Origin: Nostoc punctiforme PCC 73102
Lineage (GTDB): Bacteria; Cyanobacteriota; Cyanobacteriia; Cyanobacteriales; Nostocaceae
Length of the DNA stretch: 32,000 nt
NCBI RefSeq assembly: GCF_000020025.1
Contig: NC_010632.1
Span: 1-32,000 of the forward strand
Direction of reading: 5' to 3'
Under the pieces are notes generated by a model. The model did not search any database. It saw only the letters and a program-made list of their open reading frames with translations, and had not been told where the DNA came from. The position numbers and the translations under genes were made by a program. Below are positions 16,095 to 23,824 of this stretch, in pieces; positions within the stretch are counted from its first letter, which is position 1; each line of letters opens with the position of its first letter.

Positions 16095-16415
16095 CTACTT
16101 AAAATTGGTATAAGTTTGCTGAACTTGTTGCACCTGCGACCCGATATAACGGGTTATGCCATATATCCCCATAAAGGAAAACATCAATACAGTAAAGGCT
16201 GCGATCGCAGTTTGAGCCATCATCCCTCGCTGCATCAGTTCCTCAATCTGCCTATTAGATTGCGATCGCACCTTTGACTCATCAATAAGTTGCTGGACGA
16301 CTAGGAACTCTTCTGTTGTCAGGTTTTCGAGTGTTAAACCGGACAGATTCAATTCGCCGTCCTTCTTCAGGTGAATATTTAATGCTTTGCGATGGGTTTG
16401 GTCTTGTTGCTCCAT
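16095..16415 (-). CDS. Hypothetical protein with C-terminal TM helix (106 aa)
   Basis: Acidic, coiled N-terminal part and the hydrophobic segment AIAAFTVLMFSFMGIYGI. It overlaps ORF 16282..16500, whose only protein-like part is an N-terminal TM segment. A frameshifted single gene is possible. Confidence 0.5.
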   Translation of the reverse strand: MEQQDQTHRKALNIHLKKDGELNLSGLTLENLTTEEFLVVQQLIDESKVRSQSNRQIEELMQRGMMAQTAIAAFTVLMFSFMGIYGITRYIGSQVQQVQQTYTNFK

Positions 16416-16480
16416 ATATTGCCACGCCCAAAACGAGGGTTAATAGCAGCAGATTTAGTACTGCTGCTACCAAGATGAAT

Positions 16481-16993
16481 TTATTCGGTCGCATCTGCAT
16501 TGCTAGCAGAGAGATAGAGCGATGTAATCTCCTGACCGAACCGAAAAAAGGCTTCTGGTTCTCCCTGGAATTCTTTGGCGAACTGTGCTACTTCTGCTAA
16601 ATACTCGTTAGAAACATTAGCTAAAGTTTCGATTGTTTCAACTGCCTCCTTGTGAGCAAACTCGCGTGTCCCTTGGGTAATTGCAGAATTAAAAGATTGA
16701 ATCTCTGCTAACGACTGCTTGGCCTGATTGGCAAGTGAAGTTTTATAATCACTCATGCTCTGTTGAGCTTTATTGGTTTTGGCAGTACGTTTGGTAGTTT
16801 TAGCTGTTTTACCATTGCTAGAAACAATTAAATTACTAGCTTTTTTGAGTGCCACAAGTTCGTCAGAGATGGCAATAATTTCTGCCTCAGTAATCGCATC
16901 AGGATCTACGCTTTTGTTTTGTAAGTACAAGCGTAGTTCTTCAGAACTCATTTCGATTCCATTAGCAATGAGAAGTTCTTGTAAATCGTTCAT
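16481..16993 (-). CDS. Hypothetical protein (170 aa)
   Basis: ATGA overlap with the upstream gene at 16990-16993. Lys/Thr-rich linker. No motif recognised. Confidence 0.65.
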   Translation of the reverse strand: MNDLQELLIANGIEMSSEELRLYLQNKSVDPDAITEAEIIAISDELVALKKASNLIVSSNGKTAKTTKRTAKTNKAQQSMSDYKTSLANQAKQSLAEIQSFNSAITQGTREFAHKEAVETIETLANVSNEYLAEVAQFAKEFQGEPEAFFRFGQEITSLYLSASNADATE

Positions 16994-17436
16994 GAAGTGG
17001 CTCCTATTGATTTAGGTTGACGAAATTTGAATTTAGTTTGAGAAGCAATTTTTTTGACCCATTGCTGAATTTCAAATTCGGTGTAAATCTTATCTACGGA
17101 AAATGGCACTCCAATTTCTTGACCCCATCTGTAAATTGTCGGTTTTGATGGTCGCGGTTCTAGTCTTTGTAATGCTTCAAAGAGTTGAGCGCCGTTGCAT
17201 GACAATTGTGGCAAGTTTGAACAAATAAATTCGTAGCGTTGAACATCTGATAATCGAATGGTGCGATTGGGATTTAAAAGCTTCAGTTGAGCATAAGCTC
17301 TTACCAGCAGAATTACCCCAGCTTTGGCACTGGTGGTATCAGATATTTCTAATCGACGAAGAATTCTTGGCCAAGTGTAATCACTAACTTGACCAACAAT
17401 TTTTTCATATTCGTTCCTCAGAATTGTTCCTGCCAT
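16990..17436 (-). CDS. Hypothetical protein with probable HTH (148 aa)
   Basis: First gene after a divergent intergenic region. SKPTIYRWGQEIGVPF resembles an excisionase/MerR-type HTH. Confidence 0.55.
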   Translation of the reverse strand: MAGTILRNEYEKIVGQVSDYTWPRILRRLEISDTTSAKAGVILLVRAYAQLKLLNPNRTIRLSDVQRYEFICSNLPQLSCNGAQLFEALQRLEPRPSKPTIYRWGQEIGVPFSVDKIYTEFEIQQWVKKIASQTKFKFRQPKSIGATS

Positions 17437-17484
17437 AGAAACAGCCGTAACATCTTTGCAATTCTAGATTAACATAAATAACCT

Positions 17485-17502
17485 ATCTATAATCCTATAG
17501 AT
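17485..17502. promoter_or_regulatory. Dyad ATCTATA-n4-TATAGAT in a divergent promoter region
   Basis: 7-bp arms read directly from the sequence. It lies between the divergent genes 16990..17436 (-) and 17585..17800 (+). An operator role is inference. Confidence 0.35.
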
Positions 17503-17584
17503 GAGGTATTGTTCTGAAAAAGTTCTCGGCAAAAACATAGAACTATAGGGGTAAAGTTAGGTAAGCGTTATTGTCGAGGAGAAA

Positions 17585-17800
17585 ATGCCTAAGAAAACTA
17601 CACCAAAAATGGTTCAGACTGGAGTTTCTATTCCAGAACCGTTGTATGAAGCCGCAAAGCGAGTTCAAGCAATGGAGGGCTGGAATGAGTCAGAAATGCA
17701 TCGCGTCTTTTGGGAAAAAGGATTTGCGCTTCACCTTCAAGGAACTCTTGCCCGTTACCAGTTGGGTTTGATTCCTGAAGCACAAAATACCGCCGAATAA
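17585..17800 (+). CDS. Small protein, possible ribbon-helix-helix regulator (71 aa)
   Basis: GAGGAG lies 4 nt upstream of the ATG. TGVSIPEPLYEAAKRVQAMEGWNESEMHRVFWEKG fits a strand-helix-helix layout. A terminator follows. Confidence 0.5.
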   Translation: MPKKTTPKMVQTGVSIPEPLYEAAKRVQAMEGWNESEMHRVFWEKGFALHLQGTLARYQLGLIPEAQNTAE

Positions 17801-17818
17801 GTTGACGGGATTTAGTCT

Positions 17819-17846
17819 AAAGGGGAGTATTGCACCCCTTTTTTTG
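17819..17846 (+). terminator. Rho-independent terminator-like hairpin
   Basis: AAAGGGG-agtattgca-CCCCTTT followed by a T-run, 19 nt after the stop of 17585..17800. Confidence 0.55.
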
Positions 17847-17864
17847 TGCCTTCGCTAAAAAGCA

Positions 17865-17988
17865 AGCAGACCATGAGACTCTGCTCGACCTCAAACACGT
17901 TAGCATCAAGGCTTTGGGACACGCGGATGATTTCGATGAGGCTCAAAACCCTAGTAATGCCGTGAAAATAACTGTCTCATGGTCTGCT
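17865..17988. repeat. Perfect 15-bp inverted repeat enclosing 94 nt
   Basis: AGCAGACCATGAGAC (17865-17879) and GTCTCATGGTCTGCT (17974-17988), in the spacer between convergent genes. Confidence 0.8.
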
Positions 17989-18034
17989 CAATCCCTTGCC
18001 CTGACTGATTCCGCGCCTCTATGAGAAAGAAAAT

Positions 18035-18391
18035 TCATTTTTTTGAATTTTGCAAAAAACCGTGGTTTTTGACTCTTTTATCTAAAGTGGGTTTTTCTAT
18101 TCGTCCTGCGGTCATTTTTGAAGCCTGACTCTGTTTGATTAACACCGAACGCAAGTACTGCCGACAAGCTGCTTCTCCCCGACAGATCAGAATCCGCAGC
18201 GCCTGTATTTCCTGCATTGGAGAAACACAGATTTCAGCGATGGCTGCAATCAAATTCTGTTGCTTCTGCACATAATCTTGATGCTGCTGCTCCAACACAG
18301 CAATCTTGGAGTTTAGCTGTTGTATCTGCCGTAATGCTTGCGTTAAGGACGATTCTTTGTTTTGAGAGCGATTATTCAGAGTTAACGTCAT
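18035..18391 (-). CDS. Hypothetical coiled-coil protein (118 aa)
   Basis: Intact ORF with heptad-like Q/L-rich sequence. A 240-bp upstream spacer carries repeated TTGCTTATT motifs. Confidence 0.55.
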   Translation of the reverse strand: MTLTLNNRSQNKESSLTQALRQIQQLNSKIAVLEQQHQDYVQKQQNLIAAIAEICVSPMQEIQALRILICRGEAACRQYLRSVLIKQSQASKMTAGRIEKPTLDKRVKNHGFLQNSKK

Positions 18392-18630
18392 TTTCTTACC
18401 CTTCTAAATTTAGATTCTTTCTGTTTACTGCAGGGCAAACGCATCTAAATTACTCTTGATCAGAACGAAGGTTAAAAACCAACGAAAAAATGAGGATTTC
18501 GCGTTTGCTTATTTTTCAAGCCCCAAAGCGATCACCTAAAATTTTCGCAATAAGCAAGAGTTAATGACATGATTTTTAACTCTATTGAGAATATACTTTG
18601 CTTATTGACATGATGCGGCCGCCCTGCTGT

Positions 18631-18843
18631 TTACTGTTGAGTCATCTGCTTCATATCATCGATTGCATTCAAGACTTCCCCCAAAATATTGAAAGCATCG
18701 TTTAAAACCACGTCATTCAATGTAGAAAAGTATTCGGAGGATTCGATATTGCGATAATCTTGACTACTGCTAATAAGCCGCAGTGTATATTGACAGCCTT
18801 GCAATATGGCTTGAATTTCTGAAGTAGTTAGCTTAATTTCCAT
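18631..18843 (-). CDS. Hypothetical small protein (70 aa)
   Basis: Located 9 nt after the preceding gene on the same strand. No motif recognised. Confidence 0.5.
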   Translation of the reverse strand: MEIKLTTSEIQAILQGCQYTLRLISSSQDYRNIESSEYFSTLNDVVLNDAFNILGEVLNAIDDMKQMTQQ

Positions 18844-18852
18844 TGGTGTGTT

Positions 18853-19065
18853 CTAACTTTGAAAAACTGAATCGATTTCGCCGTTATCAATAGCATTTTT
18901 GGCATGGCGAACAGCTTGCGTATGATTGTCAAAAGTTTGAGTTGAAGGTGATGCCCAAGTTGTTTTTAACAGACCTGTTTTTCCCACATGAACATCCACA
19001 GCGCCATCTGATAACTCGGCAGTCTCAATTTTGTAGCCGCCATGTTTGGTTTTGTACTCTTTCAT
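18853..19065 (-). CDS. Hypothetical small protein (70 aa)
   Basis: Part of the operon series. No motif recognised. Confidence 0.5.
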   Translation of the reverse strand: MKEYKTKHGGYKIETAELSDGAVDVHVGKTGLLKTTWASPSTQTFDNHTQAVRHAKNAIDNGEIDSVFQS

Positions 19066-19079
19066 TACCGTTAACTAAC

Positions 19080-19421
19080 CTAAAATTTATCTCGTTGAAT
19101 ACTGAGGCTTGCTCCGACTAAAGAACTTCCTAAGAAAGTGGAAAAACTGACCAGCATTGCACCCAGGCAAATATTTTTCTGTTGCTCCCAACCAGAGATG
19201 ATTATGTTGGGATTATTTGTCTCAATAATCTCCAGCCCCCAGCAAGCCATTGCTCCAACTCCTGCAAATCCGGTAAAAAGTAAAGATACAATTGCAGTTG
19301 TTTCTATGATGCGGTCGAGAAGAATTCTGGGGTTGAATCTTTTTCGAGTCCGACGAAGAACTAATTTATTACGAGTGTTTGAAGGCAAAGATGATTGATA
19401 AGTCACTTTCTGTGTTTTCAT
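19080..19421 (-). CDS. Small membrane protein (113 aa, 2-3 TM)
   Basis: Basic N-terminus followed by the hydrophobic segments AIVSLLFTGFAGVGAMACWG and LGAMLVSFSTFLGSSLVGA. ATGA overlap with the upstream ORF. Confidence 0.6.
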   Translation of the reverse strand: MKTQKVTYQSSLPSNTRNKLVLRRTRKRFNPRILLDRIIETTAIVSLLFTGFAGVGAMACWGLEIIETNNPNIIISGWEQQKNICLGAMLVSFSTFLGSSLVGASLSIQRDKF

Positions 19422-19618
19422 TTAGCATCCTCCAATTCAACAAAAAATCCCGCACCAGTATTTTTAATCTTTACCAACTTTTGATTTACCAATGTTTGAA
19501 TCACTCCTAGACTAAATTTGATACTGCCCAATCGTGCGCTACCCCCACAACGACCAAGATACTGTAGGCAGAGTGAGGACTGGTCAGTAGAGGTGGGGTA
19601 AGTAGATTTTCTCGGCAT
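19418..19618 (-). CDS. Hypothetical small protein (66 aa)
   Basis: I chose the ATG at 19618 (MPRKS...) to avoid overlap with 19630..19821. There is no clear SD sequence. Confidence 0.4.
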   Translation of the reverse strand: MPRKSTYPTSTDQSSLCLQYLGRCGGSARLGSIKFSLGVIQTLVNQKLVKIKNTGAGFFVELEDAK

Positions 19619-19629
19619 AATCTTGGTTA

Positions 19630-19821
19630 TTACTCTATGATTTGTAAATGATGTGCATTGAAAAAAATTCCCTGACCAGTTGGCATATCTGAGAAATGAA
19701 CACAAACCATGCCGTGTCCTGAATACTGGATTACTGTACCTGTTTGCCCTAACCTGGTGTCTTTCTCTACAACTGTTTTGATGACTTTGACAACTGAATT
19801 AATTGGTGGAAGGTTAGCCAT
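19630..19821 (-). CDS. Hypothetical small beta-rich protein (63 aa)
   Basis: First ORF of this sub-operon. The composition is SH3/KOW-like, which is an impression only. Confidence 0.45.
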   Translation of the reverse strand: MANLPPINSVVKVIKTVVEKDTRLGQTGTVIQYSGHGMVCVHFSDMPTGQGIFFNAHHLQIIE

Positions 19822-19960
19822 TTTTAATCCTTGGCTGAATAGCCGATTATTGATTAGTAATTTGAGTTTTCACCGATACCATATTGCAATTTTAGAAAAC
19901 TGACTGGAGTACAGATTTCTTGCCAATCACAAGCTCCCATTGGGGCATTCCAGTCATTTA

Positions 19961-20135
19961 CAATTCGCAATTCGCAGTTCGCAATTCGCAATTAAATACA
20001 AGAAATCACTTGTTATTTAATTGTTAATTAATGGGTCTTAATCCACCACTGATTCAAAAGAAAGTGGTCTTAAATCAGTGGTGGGTTTAAGCTCTCACTG
20101 ATTCAATCAATTGCGAATTGCGAATTGCGAATTGC
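19961..20135. repeat. Element bounded by inverted heptamer arrays (CAATTCG)n / (AATTGCG)n
   Basis: Left array is 19961-19993 (4.7 copies) and right array is 20109-20135 (3.9 copies, reverse complement). The 115-nt interior contains the hairpin CCACCACTGATT ... AATCAGTGGTGG. Confidence 0.85.
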
Positions 20136-20141
20136 TTTGAT

Positions 20142-20720
20142 ATGCCTTTTCGGATGGCTGATTACCGTTTGAGAGTATATCGCCGTTTTCCCAAGAAGCG
20201 AATGCACCAAGTCGTAATTTACTTAGATAAAACTGAATCGGAGAAGGTGTATCAAACTACTTTCATTGCTGGAAGTTTACAACATGAATTTTCAGTGATT
20301 CGTTTGTGGGAGCAACCGCCAGAGGTCTTTTTGACAGCGCCAGGATTACTCCCTTTTGCGGTCTTAAGTGCTACTGAGAACAAAGTTGCGACATTGCAAC
20401 AGTCATCTGCGGCTGTTGACAAAATTGCTGACAGGCGAACACAAAGTAATATTGCTGCCGCTTCTGCAATTCTGGCTGGGTTAGTATTAGAACAAGAAGT
20501 GATTAGACGTTTATTTAGGAAGGACATAATGCGCGAGTCTGTGATTTACCAACAAATTAAAACCGAAGGTGAAGAAGAAGGGAGCGATAAAAAAGCCCGT
20601 AAAATTGCTATTAACTTATTAGCTGAGGGCATCAGCGTTGATGTGATAGCTAGGTCTACTGGCTTATCAATAGAAGTAGTGCAACAATTACAGCAGGGAG
20701 AATTCGAGAACCAAGAGTAA
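20142..20720 (+). pseudogene. N-terminally truncated Rpn-family (PD-(D/E)XK putative transposase, DUF4351-type C-terminus) gene
   Basis: DMPFRMADYRLRVYRRFPKKRMHQVVIYL ... EFSVIRLWEQPPEVFL..PGLLPFAVLS ... QSNIAAASAILAGLVLE ... MRESVIYQQIK matches the middle and C-terminal parts of the cyanobacterial Rpn-like family. The N-terminal ~100 aa with catalytic residues is absent, and the frame starts inside the heptamer array. Confidence 0.6.
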
Positions 20721-20786
20721 TTTTGCTACTATCTCTATACTGAATCGCCTCAACGAGGGCTGTATTTTAAGTCCCTATTTTTTACC

Positions 20787-21158
20787 TTACTCAGTGACAG
20801 TGCGGCTTGTTGACAACAATGGCCGTGTTTGTTGTAGCTGCTTGTACTCATCCCAATTCCTGGGATTATGAGGCGATGACATTGACTCTTGAAATTCCCA
20901 GTTTTGAGAATTGGTATCGAAAAACTCAATGGCTGCATCAAAACCACATTGTAAAAATCTGGTGTATGATTCTTCAGAACAAAGGATAGACTCGACAATT
21001 GCAGTCAAGAGTTTGAGGTTGGTTTCAGTAGCAGCACCTTCTTTTTGGAGCCATTCGATTGTTTCAAGCAGTTGTTTTTTAGCAGAAGCCGCAGTAGATT
21101 CAGGTAATGCGGCAACGGGAATAAAACCTGTTATTTGTTTCATATTTGATTGGCTCAA
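20787..21158 (-). CDS. Hypothetical protein (118-123 aa)
   Basis: The TTG at 21158 overlaps the upstream stop (TTGA). The alternative start is ATG at 21143. No motif recognised. Confidence 0.5.
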   Translation of the reverse strand: MSQSNMKQITGFIPVAALPESTAASAKKQLLETIEWLQKEGAATETNLKLLTAIVESILCSEESYTRFLQCGFDAAIEFFDTNSQNWEFQESMSSPHNPRNWDEYKQLQQTRPLLSTSRTVTE

Positions 21159-21424
21159 AAATTATCTATTTCTGTGACACCTTCATCAGTTGCCACCTTC
21201 TTTTGAGATTTAGCTTTACTGATTTGAAATTCGTTAGCTTTAATTACGGGCATTGCAGCCTCTTTAACTGCTGCTTTTGCTTGGTAATAAAGAAATTGAA
21301 CTACGCCTGAAGCGTCTTCCTCTTCTTCCACTTGCGCCCATAAAGAACAACCTAATTCGATTGATTCGTAGTTGCCCAAGTTAAATTTTCTCGAATAACT
21401 AACTGAGACAGTACCGATTTTCAT
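21155..21424 (-). CDS. Hypothetical protein (89 aa)
   Basis: Intact ORF in the operon series. Confidence 0.55.
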   Translation of the reverse strand: MKIGTVSVSYSRKFNLGNYESIELGCSLWAQVEEEEDASGVVQFLYYQAKAAVKEAAMPVIKANEFQISKAKSQKKVATDEGVTEIDNF

Positions 21425-21490
21425 TGACTTGTTTGACCCGCTAATTTATGTAGTGGCGACTCACGTTTGAATCGCCTTTTTCGTGTTTAA

Positions 21491-22048
21491 TTACCGCTTG
21501 TTACCTTGCGGCATTGCTGTCTGATTCTGCCCTTGCAGAGATAGCCGTGCCTCAGTTTCCGAAACCGGGGGTAATGCAGGTGCAGTCACAGCATTACTAG
21601 CCCAACGTTCGTAAGTATCATTTGTGACCCAATGCAGTGTCGCTCCAGATTCAGCACCACTACGAATCATCTCGGCGGCAACGAGGGCATCCTTTTCAAA
21701 ATCAGATTGAGGATTGCGATAGCTCCACTGAATAAACCAGTACGTTCCCAGTGTTCCTTCTACTTTCTGAAACTCGGCACAGAAAATGTAGTTTTTGAGT
21801 ACGCTAGCGATCGCCTGATAACAGAATTCTTTGGGATCTCCTGGCATCCCTTCCTCGCACCACTGCTGGAAAGCGCGATGGGCGAAGTGGTTATACAATC
21901 CAGCAAAATTGTCTTTACTGCGACGGTGGATCAGAAAACTAAGCAGCATGGAAGCTGGGCCTTTAAATTGGTCTTTGAGTCCGCCAGCAACAGGAATCAC
22001 CCACAGTTCAGTGAATGGTTCGTTGGTGAAGTTCTCGTTGATGGTCAA
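21491..22048 (-). CDS. Hypothetical protein (185 aa)
   Basis: Intact ORF with protein-like composition. It starts 8 nt after the previous stop. Confidence 0.65.
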   Translation of the reverse strand: MTINENFTNEPFTELWVIPVAGGLKDQFKGPASMLLSFLIHRRSKDNFAGLYNHFAHRAFQQWCEEGMPGDPKEFCYQAIASVLKNYIFCAEFQKVEGTLGTYWFIQWSYRNPQSDFEKDALVAAEMIRSGAESGATLHWVTNDTYERWASNAVTAPALPPVSETEARLSLQGQNQTAMPQGNKR

Positions 22049-22055
22049 TGCACGG

Positions 22056-22274
22056 TCAGGACGAGAAATTGCGATCGCCTACGGCGGGCGGGTACGCCAT
22101 CGCAAAATCAGCCTTGTTACCTTTGAGATATCCTCCTGCTTGTGCTTCCAAAATTGTCAGCTTAGGAGGACAATCGAGAAGGAATTGCCCGTATTCTTTA
22201 GCGCAATTCGCTTGTAGTTTCGGTTGGCTGGGTGGAATGAGAAAGACGCTGTTGTTGATTTTGATGGTTTCCAT
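22056..22274 (-). CDS. Hypothetical small protein (72 aa)
   Basis: Part of the operon series. Its last ~12 codons are supplied by a HIP1-containing short motif that also occurs at 13309-13326. Confidence 0.45.
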   Translation of the reverse strand: METIKINNSVFLIPPSQPKLQANCAKEYGQFLLDCPPKLTILEAQAGGYLKGNKADFAMAYPPAVGDRNFSS

Positions 22275-22340
22275 AGTTGCGTTGTTGTTGCTAAAAATTG
22301 TGTTGATACTGGATACTGTTCGACTTAGCTATTTATTGAG

Positions 22341-22524
22341 CAGAATTTAGGAGTCAGGAGTCAGGATTCAGAATATAGGAAAGGTATTGTGACCGAAAAA
22401 ACGTCTGAATAATCGGCGTTTTTGCATCCCCACCAAATTGAAGTTTTAGTGGTGCAACAATTCAGTCATAGGTCTGAATCCCAGACTAAGAGCAAGTCTA
22501 AGAGCGCCTTGATTCTGACTCCTG
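22341..22524. repeat. ORF-less element bounded by CAGGAGT-type heptamer arrays
   Basis: Left array is CAGAATT TAGGAGT CAGGAGT CAGGATT CAGAATA (22341-22375), nearly the same 35 bp as 15221-15255. The short inverted right arm is TTCTGACTCCTG (22513-22524). The 137-nt interior has no ORF. The element sits between two operon genes. Confidence 0.8.
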
Positions 22525-22542
22525 TTAGCGGTAGCGGGGCGT

Positions 22543-22887
22543 TTAGCCCATTCTGACTTCTGAACTCTTCATAACAATTCCAGGAATTGTTTTTAACTCG
22601 TACTTCAGCATTTCAATTTGATATAGTCGCTTTTTAATCTCTGCTTCTAGAAGTGTTTTCAATTCCTGCGGTTTGAGCAATTTAATCTCGTTCTCTAAGT
22701 GATTTTCCTCTTCAATGGAATTCATGTCAGGCATGACTAAATACCGCCAGTTTTCATCGTATTCATAAGCTAAAAGACTATCGCTTGGGTAATACTTCAT
22801 GCCGATAATCATTCCTTGTTCTATACGTTGTCCGAAAGTGAAGCGGGGGTATTTCCAACCGTGTGGAATGGTGATTGTTGGTTGCAT
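22543..22887 (-). CDS. Hypothetical protein (114 aa)
   Basis: TAATG overlap with the upstream gene. C-terminal coiled coil. Confidence 0.6.
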   Translation of the reverse strand: MQPTITIPHGWKYPRFTFGQRIEQGMIIGMKYYPSDSLLAYEYDENWRYLVMPDMNSIEEENHLENEIKLLKPQELKTLLEAEIKKRLYQIEMLKYELKTIPGIVMKSSEVRMG

Positions 22888-23099
22888 TATTCTGCCTCCT
22901 GATTAAATTTGACCTCGACAATTTCTTCTACACAACCCATTGCCTCAGTCAAATAGTGCAATGTATCACCTAAATGTGTTGCTGCTTCTGGGTCAATCTT
23001 CTTGTCTGCAATCAACAAAAGCCAGTTTTCGTTTTGGGCAATTGCTTGGACCTTCAGGTAGCACGAGTTGAATTCTTGTAGTATTTCTATGGGTGACAT
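22887..23099 (-). CDS. Hypothetical small protein (70 aa)
   Basis: Part of the operon series. Confidence 0.5.
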   Translation of the reverse strand: MSPIEILQEFNSCYLKVQAIAQNENWLLLIADKKIDPEAATHLGDTLHYLTEAMGCVEEIVEVKFNQEAE

Positions 23100-23166
23100 T
23101 GTTATATTTGTGATGTAAGTAAAACAGTCTTATTGAGGAAGTGGGCAGCAACGCCCACCCCATTTC

Positions 23167-23553
23167 TTACGCTGCAACTAATCTTTCGCTTGACGCATCG
23201 GATTCTTTATCCAATAACTCGTCTTCTGTGGCTGGTTGTTCTGTAGCCGCAGTTGATATCTTTGCCACGTTCATGAAGTCGTCAAGCCCCACTGCTGCAT
23301 CAATCGGCTCGGCGTATCGAAGAGAATCCACTCCGTTTGACCAATGGGTGATGTACTGAAATATCACCCCAATCATGCAATCAGCCTTGTACACTCGATA
23401 GTTTCTGGGGCAAGCTCCGTTAACGTATACGAGTTTGTAGTGGAGGATTTCAAGCACCTCTGCATTGGGGTCGGTTGGAGGTAGGAGAATTTTCTCTTGG
23501 GAATCATCCAACTGAGCTTCTTTAAGAGAAAATGGGTTTATCGTGTGTGCCAT
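23167..23553 (-). CDS. Hypothetical protein (128 aa)
   Basis: Its start overlaps the upstream ORF by 16 nt. Confidence 0.55.
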   Translation of the reverse strand: MAHTINPFSLKEAQLDDSQEKILLPPTDPNAEVLEILHYKLVYVNGACPRNYRVYKADCMIGVIFQYITHWSNGVDSLRYAEPIDAAVGLDDFMNVAKISTAATEQPATEDELLDKESDASSERLVAA

Positions 23554-23765
23554 GATAATTTCGTTTGTCTAATTTCGTTGTAGACGCGATTGCATTTCTC
23601 TTGAACTGCGATCGCCTTTTTCGCTTCTAGGACTAGGGATTTCTTACACCTCTGTATCGCATCTGCTGGAGGTAGCACAAAATTCTCTTGGCAGTCAGAG
23701 AAACCTGAATCTGAAACTGTGATGTTACTTGCTAGACTATGTGCAATGATTATCTGTAATTGCAT
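23538..23765 (-). CDS. Hypothetical small protein (75 aa)
   Basis: Part of the operon series. The start is uncertain. Confidence 0.4.
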   Translation of the reverse strand: MQLQIIIAHSLASNITVSDSGFSDCQENFVLPPADAIQRCKKSLVLEAKKAIAVQEKCNRVYNEIRQTKLSWHTR

Positions 23766-23824
23766 ATTTGCAGGCGATGGCTCTTGTCTTGGGGTAGCAA
23801 TCGCCCTTTCTCACTTCCAGCAAC

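Noticed and set aside
17830-18024. Plus-strand 64-aa ORF
   Set aside because: Its TTG start lies inside the terminator hairpin, there is no SD sequence, and it spans the 15-bp inverted repeat. The region is better treated as non-coding.
20721-20786. Bidirectional terminator between the Rpn-like gene and the 20787..21158 ORF
   Set aside because: Only a 4-5 bp GC stem (AGGG/CCCT) with a T-run is present, which is too weak to call.
21632-22350. Plus-strand ORFs 21632..22126, 21831..22217 and 22048..22350
   Set aside because: They are antisense to the tightly packed minus-strand operon, and their sequences are Arg/Ser/Cys-rich.
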